Origin: Thermofilaceae archaeon
Lineage (GTDB): Archaea; Thermoproteota; Thermoprotei; Thermofilales; Thermofilaceae
Length of the DNA stretch: 64,000 nucleotides
NCBI GenBank assembly: GCA_038861545.1
Contig: JAWCCZ010000004.1
Location: 64,001 to 128,000 of the forward strand
Direction: 5' to 3'
This document shows, piece by piece, positions 28,348 through 37,177 of this stretch (positions are counted from its first letter, which is position 1; every line of letters starts with the position of its first letter). The notes beneath the pieces were generated by a model, which had not been told where the DNA came from, made no database searches, and saw nothing but the letters and a program-made list of their open reading frames with translations. The position numbers and the translations under genes were made by a program.

Positions 28348-28450
28348 AGTAGCACTCCTAATATACCTTCCCAGCAACTTCATCACGGCACTCTGCAGGC
28401 CCTAAAGCTCTTCCAGCGTTGTAGTTTCATCCTAAGTCCCGCTAGTGTTG

Positions 28451-30157
28451 TTAAATACAGCCAATAGCTCTCGGTTCACCAGCTACTGATCGAGTTTGAT
28501 TCCTTTGAAAACGAAAGATCTCGCTAATATTTACTTCAGCTACTACCACAGGTTTCTCAAGTCCCCAGTTTATGAGTACCTGAGGATGTACTTCCCCGAT
28601 GAAACCTAGTGATTGACCTATGATTTTAAGCATAGCAAATCGACCGTCAATAAAACTGGGATGTTTACTCTCTTCTAGCTCATAATTTAAGTTTAATAAT
28701 CTGAAAATCTCATTTACTACCGCGTGAAGATCGGTTAAAGTTGCCTTGCTATCTGAGAAAGCTAAAGCTAATCTTCTCTCCCCTCTTACCATGTTCTCCT
28801 CATGTTCATCAACCATCATAACGTCGCCGCACTCAAAGATCTTTTGCGGGTAATCGGCATGTTTACTCTTTGATAGCACTTGAATTAACTGAGGAGTTAA
28901 CCACGTCCTCAGGCATGTATACGCTTCTTGCCTAGGATTCAGAACCTCAACTGTAGGGAAATCGGATAAGCACATTTTACTATAAAGTACTTCCTTACTG
29001 GTCATCATGTAATTATTCACCTCTTGAAAACCGAAACCAACCAATATTTCTCGAATCTTTCTACTGAATGCTTCAAGAGGATCCATCTTACCACGATGCT
29101 GGGGTGGCATCATCTTAGGCTCTAGCTTGTCAAATCCATAGCCCATTAATACTTCCTCGACGAGGTCGACCGGATGCAATATATCTAACCTGTAAGCTGG
29201 GCACAACACTCTAATAGACTGATTTATGGGTTCAGCTCCAAATCTCATCGCTTTTAGACTATTTACCGCTTCTTCAACCGTGACCTTTAAACCACCTATT
29301 CTTTCAACGAGCTCTACATTAAGAATATGCTGCGAGGGGGAAAAATCCGGAACCTCCACAGAGCTCTTCCCTATAACTTTAACCAAGCCTATTCTTTCAC
29401 CTCTTTCAGCTAAAGATGTCGCTACGATTGTCAGTACCTCAACTGCTGATCTAAAATCGGTAGCAGTTACGTCAATCAAAATATCCCTGGTACCTGTAGT
29501 TACTCGAGTGTTTTCACTGTTAACAATTGGGGGTAATGAAAGGACATTCCCGGTTGAATCGATAAGCAAGGGGTACTTCTCTCTATTGGCTATTAAGTGT
29601 CCATATTGCTGGCCTTTGGGGTGAAATTGTAATATTTCCCTAAGGTTTAGCTCGCTCTCATAGTCCAGCGGTTGGAAACTTACAGTATTTGGGTCAGCCT
29701 CTATGTACCTAATTGGTGGGTGTACTTTAGATAAGTCATATACTCCGATTGAAACTTTAGCTCTATTTCTACCGTAGGTTGTATGCAGTTTCTCCTGTAG
29801 TTGCATTATCTGGCGTATCGCTTCATCGCTAAGCTTCATGCCGTGAACGGTAGCGAAGAATGCGTAAGGTCTATAGAATGGCCCCTCATTATATGCATCT
29901 AAAGCCTCTTCGATTTTAAATTCCCTAAGTCCAACTTCAATGTGGAGTAGTCCTTTGAGGGCCCTAGCCAACCCTTCAGCTGAAAATAAATCCGCTCTAT
30001 CATGAGTAACCTCGTAGTACACTAGTCCACCCTCTATTTTCTCAAGTTCGCACTTTAACCTTGGAAGAGCCTCAGTTAGTAAATCTTCGTCAAGTTTTCT
30101 ACCTAAGAGCTCAGAGAGATCATCCATAGATACATAGCATACCGGCATACTCACCAC
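28451..30157 (-). CDS. pheT: phenylalanine--tRNA ligase beta subunit (archaeal type)
   Basis: DRADLFSAEG, QLQEKLH, SLPPIVNS, RLDILHPVDLVEE, GEVHP. Confidence 0.95.
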   Translation of the reverse strand: MVSMPVCYVSMDDLSELLGRKLDEDLLTEALPRLKCELEKIEGGLVYYEVTHDRADLFSAEGLARALKGLLHIEVGLREFKIEEALDAYNEGPFYRPYAFFATVHGMKLSDEAIRQIMQLQEKLHTTYGRNRAKVSIGVYDLSKVHPPIRYIEADPNTVSFQPLDYESELNLREILQFHPKGQQYGHLIANREKYPLLIDSTGNVLSLPPIVNSENTRVTTGTRDILIDVTATDFRSAVEVLTIVATSLAERGERIGLVKVIGKSSVEVPDFSPSQHILNVELVERIGGLKVTVEEAVNSLKAMRFGAEPINQSIRVLCPAYRLDILHPVDLVEEVLMGYGFDKLEPKMMPPQHRGKMDPLEAFSRKIREILVGFGFQEVNNYMMTSKEVLYSKMCLSDFPTVEVLNPRQEAYTCLRTWLTPQLIQVLSKSKHADYPQKIFECGDVMMVDEHEENMVRGERRLALAFSDSKATLTDLHAVVNEIFRLLNLNYELEESKHPSFIDGRFAMLKIIGQSLGFIGEVHPQVLINWGLEKPVVVAEVNISEIFRFQRNQTRSVAGEPRAIGCI

Positions 30158-31674
30158 CTAATTGGTGGACACCACTTCCTTAAGAAATCCAAGTCCTGAG
30201 TAAAAAGAGTCCGTATATCGTCTACGTTCAGTGCAATCATGGCTATCCTGTCAATTCCTATACCCCAGGCGGCTACATTGCTTTCTTTAATCCCTAATGA
30301 TCGTAAAACCTCAGGTCTGAACATGCCGCCTGGAAAAACTTCCATCCACCCAAGTTTTTCGTGCTTAACGAACCCTTCCACACTAGGTTCTGTGAAGGGA
30401 AAATATCCTGGCTTTATTTTCACTGGACCAAGCCCTAGCTCTCTAGCTAGCTCATGAAAGAAGCCCACTAAGTGTCTAAGCGTTACATGCCGGCTAACGA
30501 TTATCCCCTCCAACTGATAGAACTCCATGCTATGCTTCGCATCAAGATTCTCCGGTCTGAAAACCCTATCCAGAGCGAAACACCTGTACTCTCCATCACC
30601 TCTCCTGTATAATGTACGAGCAGAGACAGCGGTTGTCTGAGTTCTAAGAACTAAATGCAGTGCTTTAATAGGATCCCACTTGTACCTCCATCCCTTTGAA
30701 CCTACGTCACCGCCGAACTCGTGTACCTCCCCTATTCTCCTAAGTAAGCCTTGATCACTTACCCTACCCATAGCAGGGTATTTCACAAAGAAAGTATCAT
30801 GTATCTCCCTGGCTGGATGATCTTGAGCCTGGAAAAGTGCATCAAAGTTCCATAATTCCAGTTCAACATGGGGTCCTTTTACCTCCTCAAAACCCATAGC
30901 AACAAGTAACTCTCTTATATAATCGAGAAACTCCAAGTATGGATGTTTTCTGCCTGGATAAAGGCTGGGTGGTCTCAGCGACAGGTCGTAGCTTTTAAAC
31001 TGAACGCTCCTCCATTCGCCGCTTATGATTAACTGCGGGGTAAGCGCTGTCACTAACCTTGTACCGGTTATCATGCCTTTCCTCAACAAGTTCTTAGCAT
31101 CATCCGTAAGAACTACCCTTAGCTCGAATACCCTTTTAGCAGAGACCATTCTCCTACGCTTAAGTATTTCAATGAGTTCTTTCTTCGGGGACTCGCCTGC
31201 GGCTATTGCCTCTAAAGCTCTTCTGAGCTCAGAAGCTTGCATCAATGCACTTGTTAGTGCTTCTTCATTTACAATCTTCACACGAGTCCCGTCTACCTTC
31301 AACGCCCCAGCTTTAGCTAGGTGCATTACCCCTATACGCACATCATCTTCGCTAAAACCGGGTAATCTTGGGAGTGAGCTGAGATCCAATTCGCCGAGCT
31401 CTCTTATAAGGCCAACAACTCTCTCCTCCGGAAGCCCGATATTAACGTATTGATGTCCCTCTTTTGTTAGCTCGACTTTCTCCGTGAGACTCTTATCAAT
31501 CTCTATTAAACCCTTTGCCTTAAGTTCTTCTATATCCCGCATCAAATCCTCTCTTCTACATCTGAGCTCAGATGCTAACTCGTCAAGCTCCCGGGAACCA
31601 CTTGCACAGGAATCGAGGATTTTCTTCTGACGTTCACTCAAGACTAAAATTGGCGCTCCATCCACCTTCGCCAC
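30151..31674 (-). CDS. pheS: phenylalanine--tRNA ligase alpha subunit (archaeal type)
   Basis: WNFDALFQAQDHPARE, LRTQTT, FYQLEG, YFPFTEPS, GMFRPE. Confidence 0.96.
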   Translation of the reverse strand: MAKVDGAPILVLSERQKKILDSCASGSRELDELASELRCRREDLMRDIEELKAKGLIEIDKSLTEKVELTKEGHQYVNIGLPEERVVGLIRELGELDLSSLPRLPGFSEDDVRIGVMHLAKAGALKVDGTRVKIVNEEALTSALMQASELRRALEAIAAGESPKKELIEILKRRRMVSAKRVFELRVVLTDDAKNLLRKGMITGTRLVTALTPQLIISGEWRSVQFKSYDLSLRPPSLYPGRKHPYLEFLDYIRELLVAMGFEEVKGPHVELELWNFDALFQAQDHPAREIHDTFFVKYPAMGRVSDQGLLRRIGEVHEFGGDVGSKGWRYKWDPIKALHLVLRTQTTAVSARTLYRRGDGEYRCFALDRVFRPENLDAKHSMEFYQLEGIIVSRHVTLRHLVGFFHELARELGLGPVKIKPGYFPFTEPSVEGFVKHEKLGWMEVFPGGMFRPEVLRSLGIKESNVAAWGIGIDRIAMIALNVDDIRTLFTQDLDFLRKWCPPIRW

Positions 31675-31739
31675 CCTTACGTGTAAAAGAAGGTTTTTTA
31701 AATTTTAACTTGTGGGATCGTTACCGATTTATAAGTTTC

Positions 31740-33203
31740 ATGTTCTCCGTGGGTATAGCACATATCGAGTGGCCGATTCCACCTAGAATGGGTCAAGAAG
31801 AAGTTGCTAGTAAGCTTGCTGAACTTCTTTTAGATGGAAAAAGAATCCTTTTCAGCGCACCCACAGGATGGGGGAAGACAATGACCGTACTCGCCGCATT
31901 AAAAGCCTCCGATCTCCTTCCAGCAGTATGGATGGGGCGAAGTTTAGTGCTTGGAAAACGTGTAGGCGATGACGCAGCTCTTTGGAGCTTAAGGGCGTTC
32001 GTCTCAGCTGGTAGGGAGAGAACTTGTCTGCTGGCTGATGAGTTAAATGGTGCAGTGCATGATTTCTGTAAATACATGAGATACCGGTGTCCTTATGCGA
32101 GATTCCCTCCATCCTACTCTCTCCCCCTTATCGCTTTCTCTTACATAGAAGTGGTAACAAGAGGGAAGGGAGAAGGATGGTGCCCTTATTACGCTCAGGA
32201 TTTTGTAGAGGCTGACATCTGCATTCAAAATTATTTCAAAAGACCAGCTCAAACTAAGTGTATCGTCATTGATGAAGCGCATAACCTACTAATGCCTAGA
32301 GAAACACGTATCCCCCTCTCCAAGCTCGTCGAAGGAGTAACTGTACTAAGAGAAATTGGCGTTAGTAGTAAATTGTTGCATGCAGCTGAATCTCTGATAA
32401 GGTACATTACAGTTAAAGATGGTGCTCTTGAAATTAATCTTTTCTTAAATGAAAACGAGTTAAACGAGTTAAAGGAGCTATACCTCGAAAGATTAAAGGA
32501 GGGGGATCCTCGACTGCGCTCCTTTTTAGAACTCAGTAGAGGAGTCACGTACATTGAGGGCGAAAAAGTGTTAGTGTTTAAACCAGAGAGTTTACCCAAT
32601 TTTAGACCTTGCATATTGGTCAGTGCCACTATACCAGAAATCGGAGGAAATATTCTCCAAGTTGACGCAGAAATAAAGATTCCCTGGACTAGAAAATTAA
32701 GGGCAACAATAGTGGAGGATGTTACAACTAAGTTTGATGAGTTTGATACGAACATGGTCCTGCGCTATAAGGGATTACTGATTAGTGTAGCAAGTGATTA
32801 CAAGCGTGTCTTAGTTTTTGCAGCAAGTGAAAGGGTTGCAAAAGAATTACTCTCGCTTGCTACATACTATGAAACAGAGCCTCCTCCAAATTGGGAGGGA
32901 TTATTATTATTAAAGGCTAGGGGAAGGTTTAGTGAGGGGGTCGACCTCCCCGCGGACGCCGTAGTTATAGCTGGTGCACCTTTCCTTCCCCCCGAGGTTA
33001 GTGATCGCTTAGCAAAAATGTACAGAGTGGTTGGAATGCATGCTCCTTTAAAAGCTGCGGTAGATATTCCAATGCTAATTGCAACGCTCCAGTGCATCGG
33101 CCGTGCTTGGCGAAGACCCAACACTGAAACAATAGTTTTTCTCGCAGATTCAAGATTCTCAAAATATATTAAAGACCTAGGAAGTTATTTAGAAATTCAG
33201 TAG
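31740..33203 (+). CDS. Rad3/XPD (DinG) family Fe-S helicase, compact form
   Basis: R.GQ Q-motif, APTGWGKT, four Cys (RTC..FC..RCPY..WCPYY), IDEAH, SAT, EGVD, QCIGRAWR; start moved off the pheS overlap to ATG 31740. Confidence 0.85.
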   Translation: MFSVGIAHIEWPIPPRMGQEEVASKLAELLLDGKRILFSAPTGWGKTMTVLAALKASDLLPAVWMGRSLVLGKRVGDDAALWSLRAFVSAGRERTCLLADELNGAVHDFCKYMRYRCPYARFPPSYSLPLIAFSYIEVVTRGKGEGWCPYYAQDFVEADICIQNYFKRPAQTKCIVIDEAHNLLMPRETRIPLSKLVEGVTVLREIGVSSKLLHAAESLIRYITVKDGALEINLFLNENELNELKELYLERLKEGDPRLRSFLELSRGVTYIEGEKVLVFKPESLPNFRPCILVSATIPEIGGNILQVDAEIKIPWTRKLRATIVEDVTTKFDEFDTNMVLRYKGLLISVASDYKRVLVFAASERVAKELLSLATYYETEPPPNWEGLLLLKARGRFSEGVDLPADAVVIAGAPFLPPEVSDRLAKMYRVVGMHAPLKAAVDIPMLIATLQCIGRAWRRPNTETIVFLADSRFSKYIKDLGSYLEIQ

Positions 33204-33214
33204 AGTTTAAAAAA

Positions 33215-34015
33215 TCAAGCTACCCTCTTGGCACCAGCTTCCAAAGTCCTAAAATACACTTCAAACCCAGAACCCCGCAGGAAATATGCTACTTCTTTAG
33301 CGCATTCTTCTAGATAATCATATGGTGTAGGCGAAGCATGAGCATAGTCATCTTTAACCCCTTTATATGGTATAAACTGTTGGAGCACATAAACTCGGCG
33401 CCCTGTTGTTTTAGGGATCGAGGCTAAATCTTCTTTGGCTATCTGAACTACGTCTTTACATGAAAGGAGTCCCGGAACCAGCGTAGTCCTGAGCTCAAGA
33501 AATTGTGTATAAGCTGCTGCTATTTCAATACTGGATTTAACTCTTTTAACTAACTCGATACCGGCGTCCTCCTCGACGCCGGTTACTCTAGCATATAACG
33601 CAGGGTTACCTAGAGGTGCTTTAACATCTATAGCTATGTGTTGAGCATACTTCAATAACTCACTTATTGCAAATGGTATGGTACCATTAGTATCAAAGCT
33701 CAGCAGGAGCTCGCTCTCCTCTCGAAGCTTCGAAAACATAACTTTCACAGCTTCTAGTTGCAATGTTGGTTCACCCCCAGTAACGTGAAAGTAGTCTACA
33801 AAAGTCTCTGCTTCTTTCACTTTTTCAATAATTTCCGGTATGCTTACCTCCTTACCTATCAATCCTTTGGCTAAGTCACAGTTCGAACACCAAGGACACT
33901 TCAAATTACATCCACTTAACCATAGAGTAAAGGATACATGTCCGAGCACATCAACTAAGCTAACTTCTTTCCATCCACCTACTATCACATACTTCTCTTC
34001 AACTCCTATTGGCAC
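33215..34015 (-). CDS. nrdG: anaerobic ribonucleotide reductase activating enzyme (radical SAM)
   Basis: GCNLKCPWC, TGGEPTLQ, DTNGT, ELRTT; downstream of nrdD. Confidence 0.9.
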   Translation of the reverse strand: MPIGVEEKYVIVGGWKEVSLVDVLGHVSFTLWLSGCNLKCPWCSNCDLAKGLIGKEVSIPEIIEKVKEAETFVDYFHVTGGEPTLQLEAVKVMFSKLREESELLLSFDTNGTIPFAISELLKYAQHIAIDVKAPLGNPALYARVTGVEEDAGIELVKRVKSSIEIAAAYTQFLELRTTLVPGLLSCKDVVQIAKEDLASIPKTTGRRVYVLQQFIPYKGVKDDYAHASPTPYDYLEECAKEVAYFLRGSGFEVYFRTLEAGAKRVA

Positions 34016-34114
34016 AAGTTACCTCCTCCTTTAATCCCCTCAAAAGTACTGTCCTAAAAGGTACATAAATACAAGTGTATCCAAAACATCTGTCAGCTTT
34101 CACCAGGGTTAAAA

Positions 34115-36025
34115 TTAGTAACCTTCTATTTCGGTTGCAGTATAGTGTTTTCTTAACCGGAATTCTGTTTTCTTTCCTGGGTTCCATTGTTTTACCGGCC
34201 TGTAATATCCAACGATCCTACTCCAAACTTCAGCTTCCCTTTCACACTTTAAACACTGCCAGTGAGTACCTACACTACTCCAACCGCACCATCTGCAAAC
34301 GGAAATCGTTGGTGTAATGGAGAAATAGACAATGCCTGTATTCTCTATAATTCTGCGAACCAACTTCTTTAATGCTTCTACGTCAGGCTGCTCTTCGAGG
34401 AAAAGATGCATCATCACGCCACCAGTGAACTCCCCTTGCACACGACCTTCTAGCGCGGCCCTCTCATACAATGACACAGGAGCATAGTAGGGGACAATCG
34501 AGTTGCTATAGAATGGCGAGTCACCACCAGGAATCAAAACATCACTTCTACCTTTGAAAAGCTCTCGATCTAAAACTGCTAAACGGTAACCCGTACTTTC
34601 ACCAGGAACCTCCTCCACGTTGTACAGGCAACCGTCAACACCTTCGCACTCCAGCGCGTACTTTCGGATGAGCTCTACCATTCGTCGCTCAATATCGACT
34701 AGACCCTGCAAATCGCCGTTAAACCAAGCACTTGGATCTCGAACAAAATTCGCCGCGGCTTCAGGCATACCGATCAAACCGAATGTAGCGAAGTGATGGT
34801 TAAAGTGACCTAGATAAGCTTTCGATACAGGCATAAGACCTACTTTAAGGCTTCGTTCATACCTTTCTCTCCAAGTCTTTAAGACTTCTCTTGCGTTTTT
34901 AAGCCGTTCCTGTAGCAGTTCTTCAAACACACTCCACTCTCCTTTACTTAAAGCCGCTATCCTCGGCAAGTTAACCGTAACCACACCGATACTACCCGTC
35001 GCGTCGGGAAGAGCCCAAGTCCCGTAAGCTTTTCCCCCCTCCCTCGCTTTAAGGAAACTCTCATAGACATCTTCAGCGTCCGCGTAGCTAAGCTTTAAGC
35101 CGCCACCGTTATTTAACGCGTGATTAACATCGATCGTTAATCTGCAACACATTGCGTATAACGCTTCAACGTTGCTCGCGTAACCGTTTAGTAGGTAAGC
35201 ACTCCCCCTCCTTGCTAATGTTTCAAAAATTAAGTCGGTGAGTTCTCCCCATCTACCACCACTCCAATCAAAACTTTTTGTAAGCATTAACGTGGGAATA
35301 GGGAACGTGAACGGCTGGCCGATGGCGTCCCCCTCTAGGTACAGCTCAAACAAGCACCGAGCAACTGTAATAGCCTCACTAACGAATTCGCCTAATAACC
35401 CACATCTCTTCCCGTTTACGATCGCTGGTCCCTCAAGGAAGCCGGGGCTTGTATCCAGCACTAAAGTTATATTGGTAAAGGGGGATTGATATCCGGCCCT
35501 AGCAGGGTAATTAAGCTCGAAAAGCATGCTTTGGAGAGCTTGCTTAATCCTAGCGCGCTCCAGATTATCGTTTGAGATGAAAGGCGCTGTGTATAAATCG
35601 AAGGCGCTAGTCGCCTGCGCGCCTGTAAATTCCTGAGCGCCCATAAAGAAGAAGTTTACGAGATGCGATACCGCTGTATCAAAATGCTTAGCGGGGCTGC
35701 TGACTATACCGGGTGTCCTTAAACCAGATTCTAAGACTTTTCGGTAACTCCACCCAGTACAGTACGGTATCCAAAGGCTATCAGGTAGCTTGTGTATGTG
35801 AATATCACCGTTGAAGTGCATTCCAACGGACTCGGGGGGAAGGTAGGAAGCTATCACATTCCCGCTTTTAACCAGTTTTTCGAAAAGATAATTCCTGAAG
35901 TTACTGTAGCTAAAATTAGTATTGGCGTTTTCTCTGACCTCCCAATCCGCGCGCCTTAAGTAAGCCTCTTCAAGCTCGCGCAGAATATCGGCTCTGTTTT
36001 TAACTAAAGCTTCGCTCAACGACAT
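34115..36025 (-). CDS. nrdD: class III anaerobic ribonucleoside-triphosphate reductase
   Basis: GDIHIH, PYC, MCCRL finger loop, CRWC/CLKC Zn site, SRIVGYY glycyl-radical motif. Confidence 0.95.
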   Translation of the reverse strand: MSLSEALVKNRADILRELEEAYLRRADWEVRENANTNFSYSNFRNYLFEKLVKSGNVIASYLPPESVGMHFNGDIHIHKLPDSLWIPYCTGWSYRKVLESGLRTPGIVSSPAKHFDTAVSHLVNFFFMGAQEFTGAQATSAFDLYTAPFISNDNLERARIKQALQSMLFELNYPARAGYQSPFTNITLVLDTSPGFLEGPAIVNGKRCGLLGEFVSEAITVARCLFELYLEGDAIGQPFTFPIPTLMLTKSFDWSGGRWGELTDLIFETLARRGSAYLLNGYASNVEALYAMCCRLTIDVNHALNNGGGLKLSYADAEDVYESFLKAREGGKAYGTWALPDATGSIGVVTVNLPRIAALSKGEWSVFEELLQERLKNAREVLKTWRERYERSLKVGLMPVSKAYLGHFNHHFATFGLIGMPEAAANFVRDPSAWFNGDLQGLVDIERRMVELIRKYALECEGVDGCLYNVEEVPGESTGYRLAVLDRELFKGRSDVLIPGGDSPFYSNSIVPYYAPVSLYERAALEGRVQGEFTGGVMMHLFLEEQPDVEALKKLVRRIIENTGIVYFSITPTISVCRWCGWSSVGTHWQCLKCEREAEVWSRIVGYYRPVKQWNPGKKTEFRLRKHYTATEIEGY

Positions 36026-36470
36026 GATTTCAACCTAGAAGAATCTAATTAACATCAGTGTTATAAGAGAAAGGGAAAGTGAAGCGAAAGTATTACAAGC
36101 GAACTCTTATTCGAATAACCATGGAATGACATTTACCCTCACCCTATCTTTATCCGGCACAGTTCAAGTTTTCGGGTCGAAAATTTTCCCTTACCGCAGT
36201 CTAATTCGTGAAAATAATGAATCAGGTCAACACTGGCTCTCTCACTGGAGGTTTACTAGCTCTACGGCCTCCCCTCAGCTCTAGCTTCTAATCCTTCCTT
36301 AACGTGATGCTGAGCACCTCTACCGCACCCGTCCAAGGTATGATAAGTTAAAAGGATATGCACTCTCTGCCTACTTCTATGAAATTTATTGTTACAATGT
36401 TTAAAGTGCGTGGCTCCCAGCTGGTGCGGAGCTGATAAGGATTTATATGACCGGCGTAGAGGCTGGCCCG

Positions 36471-37133
36471 ATGCAAACATTAGAAAAGGTATATAACTCA
36501 ATTAAAAGTAAGTTCCTAGAATTCGACTTCGATAGCGTAAAAAAGCTTGTACGTGAGGCGCTAGATAATGGAGCGTCTCCTAATGATGTAATCGAACGTT
36601 CACTAAGACCTGCTATGGAAGAAGCGGGCGGGAGATTTGAGAAAGGCGAGTTTTTCCTCGCAGAACTTGTAGTTGCAGGAGATCTTTTCAAAGAAGTTAT
36701 GGATGAAATCCTGATTCCGGAAATTCAAAGAAGAGGAGGATCTACAAGTGCCTTGGGTACAGTAGTTATCGGTACCGTTAGAGGGGACTTGCACGATATA
36801 GGGAAAAGCATAGTGGCTACTATGCTCAGAGCCGCAGGATTTAATGTGATCGACCTCGGGGTAGATGTACCACCCGAGAAATTTGTCGAAGCCGCAGTGC
36901 AAAACAAGGCTAACATCATTGGAATGTCGGCTCTCCTTACTACAACTATGCTCGAAATGAAAAATGTAATAGAGGCGCTGAAGCAGGCTGGAATTAGGGA
37001 TAAGGTAAAAGTCGTTGTGGGAGGGGCAGCTGTAACCGAGGAATACGCTAAAAGTATAGGAGCGGACGCTTACGGTGAAGATGCCGTAAAAGCAGTTAAG
37101 ATCTGCAAAGAGCTGTTAGGTATAAAAACATAA
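36471..37133 (+). CDS. methyltransferase cognate corrinoid protein (MtaC/MttC family)
   Basis: Cap domain M..AG..FEKGEFFL, DLHDIG (DxHxxG), GMSALLTTT, VGGA; ATG 36471 lies about 24 nt after TTTATA. Confidence 0.93.
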   Translation: MQTLEKVYNSIKSKFLEFDFDSVKKLVREALDNGASPNDVIERSLRPAMEEAGGRFEKGEFFLAELVVAGDLFKEVMDEILIPEIQRRGGSTSALGTVVIGTVRGDLHDIGKSIVATMLRAAGFNVIDLGVDVPPEKFVEAAVQNKANIIGMSALLTTTMLEMKNVIEALKQAGIRDKVKVVVGGAAVTEEYAKSIGADAYGEDAVKAVKICKELLGIKT

Positions 37134-37177
37134 ATCCTGAAAGGAAGGTTTTTACGGTATCCTCAACGAGCTCAGCC

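Noticed and set aside
31572-31739. Long N-terminal extensions that make divergent genes overlap (also 12477-12674 and 60474-60634)
   Set aside because: Artefacts of longest-ORF calling; conserved domains, SD/TATA positions and alternative starts remove the overlaps
36026-36446. Cobalamin riboswitch between nrdD and the corrinoid gene (minus-strand AGCCAG-tgtt-GACCTG resembles a B12 box)
   Set aside because: The other conserved elements (GGGAA, GGTG..A.TCC, GCCACTG) are missing, and both genes have their own proximal TATA boxes; an Rfam scan would settle it
36262-36501. 79-aa minus-strand ORF, or a decayed small DNA-binding gene
   Set aside because: It overlaps the corrinoid gene start, has atypical composition and no recognisable motif; an alternative frame is interrupted by stops and too short to support a call
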